Assembly: GCF_902713615.1 (NCBI RefSeq)
Contig: NC_052160.1
Location: 47,024,719 to 47,088,718 of the forward strand
Direction: 5' to 3'
From: Scyliorhinus canicula
Taxonomy: Eukaryota
Length of the DNA: 64,000 bases
Position numbers and translations under genes: made by a program. Below, in pieces: positions 51,850 through 64,000 of this stretch. The notes below the pieces were generated by a model. It did not search any database, had not been told where the DNA came from, and worked only from the letters and a program-made list of their open reading frames with translations. How positions within the stretch are numbered: position 1 is the stretch's first letter; each line of letters begins with the position of its first letter.

Positions 51850-52771
51850 AAAGCCCCTCCAAATATTGCACTAGACTGTCATTATATGCTGTTGGGGTGA
51901 TCTGAACAACAAGCTGAGACTTAGAAACAAGATTGTTTTTCACTGAGCCAAAATGGCAACTCAGGGGTACCAGCATCAGAGGATGCCTTCAGGGCACCGT
52001 GTCTGTGTGGGATCTTTGCTAGAGCAATTCAAAACTAATCTTACTCGTGTTCTTCCACAAAGCTCTTCCATAATAACCCAAAAGCCATCTTTGCTTCAAA
52101 TATTTCTACATTTTATCTGAAAGAGAAAATGGACTTTGCTTCTGTGACTTCCTGTGACAAAGCACTACATGCTCCAAGCAGTGATAATATAGCAGCATAG
52201 TAGAGCTATGTATAGATGAATATAACTTCCCTTTCCAAGCACTGCTTGAAATGTAAGCTGTACTGGAAAAACTAGAGGGTCACTTATCTGGAAGAAAGAG
52301 TTATCGCAATGGCCAGGAGAAAACACAACTATAATATATTCATCAAACTACTTAAAATGCAAACACCTTTTTCTGTCCAAATGATGTACCTAAAAGTGAT
52401 ACTGAAATATTTTGTAAACCCAAGTTTACTACACAATGTACCACTAAGGGGATAATTATTATCTAGCTTTCCCATCAGGAAACTAACCATATTGGGAGCA
52501 ATGGCAGTTTTACATCCCATCAGTGTTATTCTCAATTGAAGTCAGTGGAAAGTCTAATTGGGTTGGATGGGAAGTACAATCACAGTTCCATTCAATGTGT
52601 TTTCCGCTCAGTGAGCTAGGTTAAAGTTTCCTCCAAACTCTTGGAATTAAATAATCTACCCAGCATGGTGAAAGATTTTCCAAGTATGTCTGTTACACAG
52701 GACAAATCCAACCCAGCCAATTAGTGCCCCATCAGGCTACTCTTGAACATCGGTAAGGTGATGGAATGGGT

Positions 52772-53518
52772 TGCTGTACATATACCAGTGTGTCTTTAAT
52801 CCGTGTACGATGGACAAATGACCACAAGATGTTTTGTACAATAATGTAATTTATTTACTGTCACATAATTGTTACTGTTAATCAATCACACGCAAGTTGA
52901 ACTATAAGCTAATACACACACTTAACTTCAGGTGACTGGCAAGTACTGGGCAGATATTGCCTTATCTGGAGCCCGTAGTCTGGCAGTGTTGAAAGCTTGT
53001 TGCTGGTTGCCGTTGTCCTTGGCTCTGGCCCTTCCTTCAATGGCGTGGATGGTCTTCCTCTTCGGCCGGTGAAGGGTCACTGTTGTTGTTTGCTGTCGAG
53101 AGCGCTGTGGTCGAGAGAGTGAGTGTGGGATTGCGCAGCACCCTTTACCACCCGTGGTTTTGAGCCCTTTTGGGCAGTCCCAGGTGAATGTCCAATCAAT
53201 TGATCAGGGCGTGATCACTCTGATCCATTAGGTCCAATTAAGATCTGTCACCTTGAAGGCGGGGCATGTCCTTCCGGGCCACGTCCATTGGTGTCCGAGG
53301 TATGTAGGCCTTCCCAAATAAGGAAACAGATGTCATCAAGTCTGCAACACAATGTTGATTTATATTTCAAGCCCATTGTCCCGGGATGGCCTCTTAATGT
53401 CCTTTTTCCTGGGCTTGGGCTGCAGCTTTTTGTTTATTTGTGAGCTGCAGCATGTCTGTCCCTAAACTTGGCCACTTTTCTCAGCGTCCCTTGCCGGATG
53501 CCATTTTAGGTGGCCGCA
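52772..53518. mobile_element. Solo LTR (~750 bp)
   Basis: TG...CA ends; 4-bp flanks GGGT/GAGT; host LINE GTGATGGAA..GAGTCATCAACAGTG is continuous once it is removed. Confidence 0.7.
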
Positions 53519-53862
53519 GAGTCATCAACAGTGCTATCAAGTGGTATTCGCTCAGCAATAACCTGCTCAGTGATGCTCAGTTTGTGTTCTGCTAGAGCCA
53601 CTCTGCTCTTGAACTCATTACAGCCTTGGTTCAAACATGGACAAAAGAGCTGAACTGCAGAGGTGAGGTGAGAGTGACTGTCCTTGATGTCAAGACCTCA
53701 TTTGACTGAGTGTGGCATCAAGGAGCCCAAGTGAAACTGGAGTCAATATGAACCAGGGAGAAAACTCTGCTGGTTGGAGTCATACCTGGAACAAAGCAAG
53801 ATGGTTGTGGTGATTGGAGGTCAATCATCTCAGCTGCAGGACATCACTGCAGGAGTCCCTCA

Positions 53863-54886
53863 GGGAAAGTTGTGACTCGTGGTGTTCCACAGGGATCTAT
53901 GCTGGGGCCTCTGTTGTATGTAGTACACATAAAACGATTTGGAAGAAAATGTAGCTGGTCTGATTAGTAAGTTCGCGGATGACATCAAGGTTGGTGAAGC
54001 GGATGATAGTGTTGAGGATTGTCGGAGTATACAGCAGTACATAGATAGGTTGGAGACTTGGGCAAATGGAGTTTAATGCGGACAAATGTGAGATAATGCA
54101 TTTTGGTAGGTCTAACGTGGAGGGGAAATATACAGTAAATGGCAAAACTATAAGGAATGTAGAAAGTCAGAGAGATCTCGGCGTGATGGTCACAGATCTT
54201 TGAAAGTGGCAACACAAGTGGACAAGATAGTCAAGAAAGCATACGGAATGCTTGCCTTCACTAGACAGGGCGTCAAGTATAAAAACTGGCAAGTCATGCT
54301 ACAGTTGTTTAGAAACTTGGTAAGGCAGCGCTGGGAATATTGCACACAATTCTGGTCGCCACACTACCAGAAGGATGGGGAGGCTTTGGAGAGAGTGCAG
54401 AGGATGTTTACCTGGATGTTGCCTGGTCTGGAGGATGTTTGCTATGCGGAGAGGCTAAATAGACTCAAACTGTTTTCATTAGAACAACGGAGGTTGAGGG
54501 GTGACCTGATCAGAGGTCTACAAGATTATGAGAGGCATGGATAGAGTGGATGGACAGGCACTCTTTCCCAGGTGGAGGGGTCAGTCACCAGGGGGCATAG
54601 GTTTAAGGTCCGTGGGGCAAAGTTTAGAAGAGATGTGTGAGGCAGGTTTTTTTACACAAAGAGTGGTGAGTGCCTGGAACGCTTTGCCAGGGGAGGTTGT
54701 GGAAGCAGATACATTAACTGCGTTCAAAAGACATCTCGACAAATACATGGATAGGATGGGCATAGAAGGATACGGCACTGGGAAGTGCTGAGGGTTTTGG
54801 CCACGGGTGGTATCATGACCGGTACAGGTTTGGAGGGCTGAAGAGCCTGTTCTTGTGCTGTATTGTTCTTTGTTCCTTTGTTCTTT
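53863..54886 (+). mobile_element. 5'-truncated CR1 LINE
   Basis: GVPQGS, SKFADD, KKAYGMLAF, QFWSPHY; (TTCTTTG)n tail. Confidence 0.9.
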
Positions 54887-56824
54887 GGTATTGGTCGAGG
54901 CTCAAACATCTTCAGCTGCTTCATCAATGACCTTCCTTCCATCATAAGACCAGAAGGTGGGATGTTTGCAGATGACAACACAATGTTCAGCGTTGTTCGT
55001 GATTTCTCATAGTGAAGCAGTTCCTGCCTAAATGCAACAAGGACTGAACAATATCCAGGCTTGGGCTGACAAGTGGCAGGTAACATCCGTGCCACACAAG
55101 TGCCAGGCAATGACCACCATCAATAAAAGAGAATCTAACCGTTGTCTTTTGACATTCAAATGCATTACCGTCACTGAAGCCCCACTATTAACATCCTGGG
55201 TTACCATTGACTAGAAACTGAATTGACTAGCGATATAAATACTGAGTTTCCAAGAGCAGGCCAGAGGCTGCGAATCCTGTGGCGAGTAACTGATCTCCTG
55301 AATCCCCAAAGTTTGTCTATCAACCACAAGGCATAAGTCGGGAGTGTGATGGAATACGATCCCCTTGTTTGGATGAGTGCAGATCCAACCACAGCAAGAT
55401 GCTTGTCACCATCCAGGACAAATCAGCCTGCTTGATTGGCACCCCATCAACAAATACTCACTCCCTTCTCCCCCAATGCACAGTGGCAGCAGTGAGTACT
55501 ATCTACCAAGATGCACTGCAGAAACTCAGCAAAGCTCCTTAGACTGCACCTTCCAAGCCAACAGCCAAAATTATCTAGAAGGGCCAGGGGCAGCAGATAC
55601 ATGGGAGCACCACCACCTTGAAGTTCCCCTCCAAGCCACTCATCATCCCGACTTGGAAACATATTGTTGTTCCTTCATTGTCACTGGGTTAAAATTCTGG
55701 AATACCCTCCCTTACAGCACAATGGGTGTATCTACACCACAGCAACTGCAACAGTTCAAGAAAGAGCACACGGGCAACCTTCGCGAGGGCAATTAAGGAT
55801 GGTGGAAAAATGCTGGCCTAGCCAGTGATGCATACATCCCATGAATTAATAAAAAAATAGCCAAAGGTTTGTTCCACTGTTGCTTGGGGGCAAAGTGTTA
55901 GAATGAATGAGAAGACAGCATACTCTGACTATAGTGACATCGAACAACCATTGTCAGAAGGGAATATAAAGGAAGGGAACTAGGATAGGGGAAAGGACCC
56001 AATAACAATTAAATATTGCAAAAAGATTGAGTGAGATAGGTGACATTGATAGCACACAATTTTCAATAATATATTGTGTTCTCAAAATGTTCCATGGCAA
56101 CATTTATTGTCTAATTTGTTGGTCTGTGATGGGGCTTACTCTTGTTGCTTTACTATGTTGCTAAACTATTTAAGAGAACATATAATGGACTAGAGTCATG
56201 CATATGCCAGCCCTGTGGGGTAGAAAATTTCCTTTCCTGAAGGAGATCCTCGTACAAACACCCTCTCTTGACCTCTCCTTGCAAACTACTGCTTCATCTG
56301 CAGTTTATTTTTCCCCACAAAGTCTTACCACAAAGGTTTTGGCTCACCACAAAGTCTGTGCTCACCTCTTGCTCCTTCACTGTCCTTGACCAATGTCTCA
56401 GGCTCAACCATACTGTTAATCTGGGCTTCCCATTCTGCCACAAACTGAACTTCTATCTCCGTATCCTCTTTAGCACCTTCATTGGAAGGAGCACCTGCTA
56501 CTACCTCCATTAGTATGCCTGAAGTTCCCCTATCTTTGCTGCCAAAAGTTTCATCCATGCCTTTGTCATCTCTAGACTGACTTCCATCTTCTATCTTCTG
56601 GAAATGCCTTTGTTAACCGGAGACACAGAAAATTATTGTAAAGCACTATACGGAAGAACACTGCCAGGTTGGTTGACAGCACTATCTTAGGTTTGGACAG
56701 GAGAGAGGGGATGCACCATGGCAGAGCAGAAGGATGACAGACTGGAGGTGGACCGAGAGCAAAAGTTGTTTTAAAAATGTGGAGTTAAGAGCACATAATA
56801 TGAACAGGAGTCATCCATATGATT

Positions 56825-57900
56825 CCTCCTGGGATAGAGAATTCCACAGATTCACAAACCTATGAATGAAGATCTTCATCCTCATCTCTGCCTTAATTGA
56901 CCAGTCTCTTTTCCTGGCACTACAGCCTGGGAGACAACCTCTTGGCATCAATCCTGTTGAGCCCTTTCAGAATCATGTATGATTCATTGAGATCAACTTT
57001 CATTCTTCTAATCTCCACAAAGCACAGGCTTAAACTACTCAACCTTTCATTATAGAGCAGCTCTATCATCCCAGGAATCACTGCAGTGATCCTATGCTGC
57101 ACTCCCTCCACGTCAACTATATCCCTCCTGGGATAAATAGACCAAAATTGTTCACAATCCTCCAGATGTGGCATCACTAAAGCCCTACACAAGTATAGCA
57201 AGCCTTTCTTACTCTTCTATTCCAGTACCTTTGCGATAAAGATCATCGTGCCATTTGATATCCGGATTTCCTGCTTAACATGCATGCTAACTTTGTGTTT
57301 CCCAAATCTCTCTGAGCATGAACATTTAAAAGTTACTCTCCATTCAAAAAGTATTTTGCTTTTCTATTTTCTTATCAAAGTAAGAACATCCATCTGTCAT
57401 GCTTTTGCCCACTCACTTAGCCTTAGTGTATCCCTTTGCAGCCTCTTTGGGCGGCACGGTAGCACAGTGGTTATCACTGTTGCTTCACAGCACCAGGGTG
57501 CCAGGTTCGATTCCCGGCTTGGGTCACTGTCTGTGCGGAGTCTGCACGTTCTCCCATGTGCGTGGGTTTCTTCCGGGTGCTCCGGTTTCCTCCCACAAGT
57601 CCTGAAAGACGTGCTGTTCAGTGAATTGGACATTCTGAATTCTCCCTCCGTGTACCCGAGCAGGTGCCGTAATATGGCGACAAGGGGCTTTTCACAGTAA
57701 CTCCATTGCAGTATTAATGTAAGCCTATTTGTGACAATAAAAATTATTGTTATTATGTATCCTCCTCATAGCTTACTGACCCACTTTGCTTTATATCATC
57801 AGTAAATTTGGATATGTTACTCTGTTTCTTCATCTAAGTCATTAATGTAGTTTGGAAAGCTATAGTACTGATTCTGTGACGCCCATTGGTTACATTCTTC
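56825..57900 (-). mobile_element. Decayed CR1 LINE fragment with nested SINE
   Basis: Minus ORF ALVMPHLEDCEQFWS..YNERLSSL. Confidence 0.8.
57449..57756 (+). mobile_element. Chimeric SINE: HE1-type head/core plus family-B tail
   Basis: GGTTCGATTCCCGG and core, then GGGGCTTTTCACAGTAACTCCATTGCAGTATTAATGTAAGCCTATTTGTGACAATAAAAATTATT. Confidence 0.85.
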
Positions 57901-59549
57901 TAGTCTACTCGGTAATGTTAATAACAGATTATCTTTTATGGAGGCTGTTGAGCTCTTCCATCTTTAAACACACCCCTGGTGGTGGTGGTGGTGATGTCAT
58001 CCACTGATTGTGACTTCATGTTTGCAAGTCTCAATCGTCTGGCATTTTCCTTTGCTGAGTAGATAAATAAATAGCAATTCCTGAACAGCTTCAGTGTTGT
58101 TAATTTTAACTTGCTTTCTTATTTCATTCACCTATTAAGTGTCTTAAGACATGGAGGTTGATGAGCAGAAAGCCGAGTAGTTTATGGAACTACTGCATAA
58201 AGCAGAAATATGCAATAAAAAGACAGCAGTTTAAATCAGTTGTCGGCTCTGTGTTGCTTCATCACTAACAGTGGAAATGCATCAAATAGGTTTCAGGTTG
58301 GAGGTTTAGTTCTATTAATATGTTATCCATCTGCAACTTTTCACAAAGAACATGGGTGGTTTCCACAGTAAATCAGGCAATGTGTAGAAAGTATGAAAAC
58401 CGTTGGCCTGAATAAATGTGGAAGTTATATGACTGGAAACAGCACATATTCACTTGGCACTGAGAGTTTCAGCCTTGTCTGGTAGAGATTTGAAGTAAAT
58501 GAGTCTTTCCGCATCATTCTGTCAAGGATAGATTGTTCAAGCGCGCTGTGTAAATGAGAAAGATGTGAATGATTTTCTTTCTGAAAATGAGAAAGATTAA
58601 CTCTTGGAGCCCCAAATTTCTTCTGCATATTCTACATATGTATATGCATGCATATGTGGCATTCAAATCTAAAGTCATGAGAAATTGATCAAGGGATGGT
58701 GTTTACCACTCAGCTTTGATCTAATGTGCATAGTCTGATCTGATGGGTATAGTCTGGTACACTTACCATCATGGACTGTTGTGCAACCAGGCAATATAAA
58801 GAAGTTAAAGAACCATGTTTAATAAAATCTGAATTTGAAATGCAAATATTAATGCAAAGAAATAGCTTTTATTTTAGTAATTTAACAACCATTTTGAATT
58901 AGGCTCCTGCAGTAAATAGTATGTCAATCCCTTGTTGGTTCAGTGGAAGTGCTTTCGATAACTGATGTTAGATCGCCATTAGTTCAACTTGAAATGATGC
59001 ATCTCAATAAAGCCAGAGGGGGCTATAAACAATTTCTATTATCAGGTTGGATTGGTTTTGGGTGTGATTCTTCCAAAATGTTTCTAAGTGTGGTAACGAG
59101 CGGGAACTGCCGCAAGCTTCCTGGTGCACGGCCTGGCAAGACCGCCACCACAATACAACGTTAATTGCTCCACTTAAGGACACTTGTGAAACATTTAAAA
59201 TTCTTCACCACAACCAGCATGATATGACGCCTCTGTCACTTTCTCCCGCTATGCTGCCTGACCTCTGAACCCTTGACCCATTTCTCCAGGCATGCCGTCC
59301 CCCCCAGGCACACTGCGTGCAGGTGATGGCGTGCAAGCACTCAGCAGACAGGCAGGGAGGGGTCAGTCTATGGGACAAATTGAGGACCACCAGCTCTCAG
59401 CACCTTGGATTGATGTAACACAGACCCTTGGAGGATGGAAAATGGGGGTGTGGGGATTAGTGTTGACAGTTGATGGACCAGGCCAAGTCCTATGGGAAGT
59501 GGGCGAATATGATTGGTCTCCCTGGCCCTTCGGGCTTGCTGGACCTTAG

Positions 59550-61050
59550 TCACTGCTGCCTGTCCTGCAGCCTCTGACTGACCATCCGGTTCCCCCTGGG
59601 ATTGTCCTTCAGCCCCTGCTGGTCCGGCGTCGTCTCATCGTCCTCATCCTCCTCCACCCCGGAGGTGGCCACGTGTTCCTCAACCCCTACCTCCAGAACG
59701 TCACCCCGCTGCTGTGTCAGGTTTTGGAGGACACAGGTAGACCTCCACAAAGTGGCCTACCCTCCAGGGGTATACTGCAGGACCGGTCATAGATCACAGA
59801 ATTTACAGTGCAGAAGGAGGCCATTCAGCCCATCGAGTCTGCACCGGTCCTTGGAAAGAGCACCCCACTTAAGCCCCACGCCTCCACCCTATCCCCTTTT
59901 TCCCCGTAACCCCACCTAACCTTTTTGGATACTGAGGGCAATTTAGAATGGCCAATCCACCTAACCTGCACATCTTTGGACTGTGGCAAGAAACCGGAGC
60001 ACCCGGAGGAAACCCATGTACACACGGGGAGAACGTGCAGAGTCCACACAGACATTAACCCAAGCCAGAAATCGAACCTGGGACCCTGGAGCTGTGAAGC
60101 AACTGTGCTAACCACTATGCTAGCGTGCTGCCGGTCGAGACACTGGAACTGCATTTTGAGCAGTCCGATGCACCGCTCAATGGCAGCCCCTGTGGGCACA
60201 TGGGCCTCATTGTATTTTGTCTCCTCATTGGTCATCGGCCTCCATACTGGTGTTATTAGCCAGGTCCTCAGCAGGGATCCCTTATCCCGCAGGAGGCAGC
60301 AGACCATCCTGGGGTAGTCCTGGAAGAGGCCGGAGGTGTCTGACTGCCCCAGGATATAGCTGTTGTGCACACTCTCTAAGAATGTGGTGGTCACACACGA
60401 GCTGGATATTCAGGGAGCGTAACCCCGTCCTGTTAATGCAGGGCACTCCCAGATGGCCTGGTCGCACAAGGCGACATACCATCAGCCATTGGACCTACGG
60501 CATCCTGGTGATGGCGGAGAAACCTGCTGCCCAGGCATCTTTATCCATGCCAAAGTTTATTTAGGTTTCTGCCCAGTCATCCGTGTCCTGTCGGATGCAC
60601 CTGTGGGCTGTAGCCTGATAAATGCCACACAGGTCCCTGCCCGAGCCCTGGAAGGATCCCAAGGCGTAAATGTTCAGGGCTGCGGTGCTCTTGATGGCTG
60701 AGGAGAGTGAGTGTCCTCCTCCTCCATCATGTGTTGCCAGGTCTGCGAAGACATGGCTCAGGTGCCGCACTGTCCACTTGTTGAGGTGGAACCTCCTGCG
60801 GCATGCGCTATCCGTCATCTGCTCGAATGACCAACAACGCTTGTACATCCTAGGCCGTCGTTGGCCTGATGGGCAGCCGGGTTCCCAGGGTGTGGGGCGG
60901 AGTCCGGCACATGGGCCGCCGCCTCGAACCTCTCTAGATGCTGCTGCTGCCGCCATCTCTTGTGCCTGGCAACCTGTCTACAAGCAGCACCATTCGGGCT
61001 TCTTTTGGAAGGTTCAAAATACTGTCCATACCGTTTAGTATCTTGAAGGA
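59550..61050 (-). pseudogene. Harbinger DDE transposase (HARBI1-like), frameshifted, SINE-interrupted
   Basis: ORF pieces 60561-60956, 60282-60482, 60131-60394 and acidic tail 59550-59750. Confidence 0.85.
59789..60130 (-). mobile_element. HE1-type SINE inside the transposase
   Basis: TSD CCGGTC (59783-59788, 60131-60136); head, core and tail present. Confidence 0.92.
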
Positions 61051-62346
61051 ATTGGGAGAGAGTGTCAGACTAATGAACAGCAGTGAACATCCTTGGACCT
61101 CCATTACCCATTGATCTCCCTCCTCCTGACCCACGCCCAGATCACCCTGCCTACATAGATCCAGCTCCGGGGCGGGGGCCTCTCTTCCCCCCCCCCCACC
61201 GTTTTCTCACCCCTGACACCTGCACATATCGTTACCTGCACCGGCCGCTGGTCCCCTCCCCATTGCACTCACTCACCCACTTCTGGCCATGGACATATCT
61301 CCGGTACTTGGTCACATCCCTGGCTGTTGTTGCCTCCCGCAGTGTTCAGGCTCAATGTCCAGGCATGACGGCCTGATTGGGACACGAGGCAATGTTACAT
61401 GGCCCGCCCACCACCAGAAATTCACTTGTGATATGTGAAATGCTCACTTAACCACGATAGCCAATTTAGCAGTAGCCTTCAGCCGCACTGACCGAGGCTT
61501 CCGTAGTCAGTAGGCTTATGGATGGTTGGTGGAACAGACAGGCAGGGACAAGGGTTGCCCCCAGAATTTGTATGCACGATCCAGGGATTTGTATGGAGGA
61601 GCCGCGGGGGTTGCACCCCCCCCCCCCCCCCCCCCCCAACAACTCTTGACACCCCCTCCCATAGCGGACCACCCCAGCCGAGGGTGCCCCTTTGCCCAAC
61701 GGGCTGATTGCCTTTGAGTGAAGATGGCTACTCACCTCACTCCCCACAGAAGCCCTTCTGCCAGGTTCATGTTTTTAAAAGGGAGTACTAATCAGGGCCA
61801 ACATGGCCACTTCCTGAGAAGGCAGCTGGGTCACAGGAGGCCATTGGATATGGGGTGGCTCCCATTAATTGTATGGAAATAGGACTTAAGTGGTGATCAT
61901 TGGCTTCTCGTCGCGCAGAGCAGGATCCCGATTTCGCCTTAGGGAGAGGACCGGTTGCATCGCAAACGATTTGACGCTTGGCGCAGTTCTCATTTTTGGC
62001 TTCTCCCACTATTCACAGGCCTCGTTGCGTTCTCACTCGAGTGCAATGAGGCCACTGAATTGCGCCCTTTGTTTTAAATATTGTGAGATACCTAAACCAT
62101 GAGTGCACTCAACTCCTGACACTGGAACTTTCTCACTCAACTTTTAAATCTCTAACTCGGATAAAGAAGACACAAATCCATTAATATATTTTCACAGGGA
62201 AATTTAACATTTCCACTGCTACATTTATGCTGAAGTGCTGTAAATGCTACTTCAATTTCAGAATGTAACATGGGTTGACTAAACCTGTTATAAAAATATC
62301 ACGTCACAGTATTGTACACTATTATTATTCAGTTTTATCAACTATT

Positions 62347-62596
62347 TGAAATGAAATGAAAATGAAAATCGCTTATTGTCACGAGTAGGCTTCAAAGAAG
62401 TTACTGTGAAAAGCCCCTAGTCGCCACATTCCGGCGCCTGTCCGGGGAGGCTGGTACGGGAATCGAACCGTGCTGCTGGCCTGCTTTAAAAGCCAGCGAT
62501 TTAGCTGAGCGAGCTAAACCAGCCCCTAAAATGAAATTCACTTATTGTCACAAGTAGGCTTCAATGAAGTTACTGTGAAAAGCCCCTAGTCGCCAA
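62347..62596 (-). mobile_element. Family-B short SINE (62347-62526) plus tandem 3' fragment
   Basis: Minus strand GGGGCTGGTTTAGCTC...GGTTCGATTCCCGTACCAGCC...TGTGGCGACTAGGGGCTTTTCACAG; TTTCA-repeat end. Confidence 0.85.
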
Positions 62597-63671
62597 AAAT
62601 ATTTTTTTTTTTTTTGAAGTTTCCTATTATTAATAAATGTTTTATGCTGTATACAAACATACAAAATAATGGCTAACGCGTGTGTTTAAGTATTCCAGTA
62701 AAAAAAGAGGCTACTGTTTTTTACACACTGGGTTGCAAAGCAGCAATGTATTGTTTGCATTACTGTTTAATTTACATCCCGCATCATAAACATGGCAAGT
62801 TATATCCCACAACATAAACCTGTGTCAAGTTGCAAATTATGCATCAGACTTCATGATAATATTACGCACTTTAAGGATACAATTGACTTCTAAATATCAT
62901 GCGAAGAGGAGAAAATGTAAGCCAGACTGCTTTCACCTGCAATAAATTGGCTATTTAAGTATTGCTTCTGTTAAGAAAATTTGAAGGGAAAATGATTTTG
63001 TAGGTTTGATAAATACATAATAACTACAAATCAAATAAATATCAACTTGTCAATCAACAACCACCCCCCACCCACTTTCTGTGACACAAAGATACAACTT
63101 ATTAATCTATCCCAACAAAGGATGTTTGCATGAGAAATCTTTTACCAGCGGTATATTTTGCTTCTTTTTGTATTGGTTTCCACAACTCCCATTGATATCC
63201 AAGTGATGCAAGTTTCTGACTTGAACAGGAGAAATAGTTCTTTTTTCTTTATCTGCCTTTTATTCGGCAACTGTTGTTGGACTTGCACAGTCACTGATCA
63301 TGCTTCGGATATTCCGAACCAAGAACACCAATAAAGATTCTGTTTGTCCAATATTGAATGATCACATTTCCCAACTTATCTAAGCCCAAAGAGTTTAGGA
63401 ATATTTGGAGGAATCCGAGTGTGGGCTAAAGTTTGACCAGCTTAAACCATGCAATTTGCCAGCACAGTAGGCTGAAAATTTTACTGCTTGGTTCCTCCCC
63501 ATTAGTACTTTGACTTATAGGGGTTTCTGGAGTCGAAGCAGGCAAATCCCAGTTTACAGTGACCAGTTTGGTATTTACCCTTGTGGATCTCATCCTACAC
63601 TGCAACCAAATGTTCAACCAGTTAACTTGATGCCAAGCAACAGAAGATATGTGAAAGTCATACCCATTGAT

Positions 63672-63982
63672 TCATAGAATCATAGAATTTACAGTGCAGA
63701 AGGAGGTGATTCGAATCTGCATGGGCCCTTGGAAAGAGGACCCTACTGAAGCCACACACCCCAACCTCTCCCAGTAACCCCACGTAACCTTTTTGCATAC
63801 TACGGGCAATTTAGCACTGTCAATCTACCTAACCTGTACATCTCTGGACTCTGTGGGAGGAAACTGGAGCACCTGGAGGAAACCCACACAGACACTGAGA
63901 GAACGTGCAGACTCCGCACAGACAGTCTCCCAAGCTGGGAATCCTGGAGCTGTGAAGGAAAAGTGCTGACTACTGTGCAGCC
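63672..63982 (-). mobile_element. HE1-type SINE
   Basis: CATAGAATCATAGAATTTACAGTGCAGAAGG tail and reverse core. Confidence 0.85.
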
Positions 63983-64000
63983 TACCAAAGAATTTACCAA

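Larger units (their letters stand above)
52653..55857 (+). mobile_element. Second copy of the 45190-type LINE, interrupted by a solo LTR and a CR1
   Basis: Colinear with 46840-48225; FADD motif near 54965; same 3' end. Confidence 0.85.
59060..62067 (-). mobile_element. PIF/Harbinger derivative retaining the transposase
   Basis: TIRs GGGTGTGATTC / GAATTGCGCCC; TSD TTT; HARBI1-like translations (SFEQMTDSACRRRFHL..ALNIYALGSFQ..CGIYQATAHRCI; HNSYIL..DKG..YNEAH..IERCIGLLK). Confidence 0.9.

Noticed and set aside
59825-60394. Apparent transposase-SINE fusion protein
   Set aside because: Chance read-through from a frameshifted transposase into an inserted SINE.

Overview
Vertebrate, repeat-dense intronic DNA. 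The repeat repertoire (HE1/V-SINE-type tRNA SINEs, CR1 LINEs, Harbinger, Penelope) suggests a cartilaginous fish, probably a shark; this is inference. The only host-gene piece I can support is one 205-bp + strand exon of MAD1L1 (38088-38292) encoding the MAD2-interaction motif, so the window is probably the two large flanking introns. Main mobile elements: (1) a young, near full-length 7.3-kb L1 (14669-21943) nested in a CR1, with a 14-bp TSD, intact ORF1, ORF2 broken only at a G14 run, and a tandem-repeat 5'UTR; (2) a compact 4.3-kb Gypsy LTR element (33380-37712, minus) with no tRNA PBS but a 13-bp PBS/LTR complementarity suggesting self-priming; (3) two oppositely oriented deletion derivatives of one Harbinger family, one keeping only the Myb gene and one only the transposase; (4) a rearranged Penelope-like element with a decayed hammerhead ribozyme motif; (5) an older L1, several CR1-group LINEs, solo LTRs, MITEs and about 15 SINEs with exchangeable 3' tails. 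A near-perfect 102-bp inverted duplication (50753-50854 / 51748-51849) is not explained by ordinary transposition. All alignments and counts were done by eye; boundaries of old elements are approximate.
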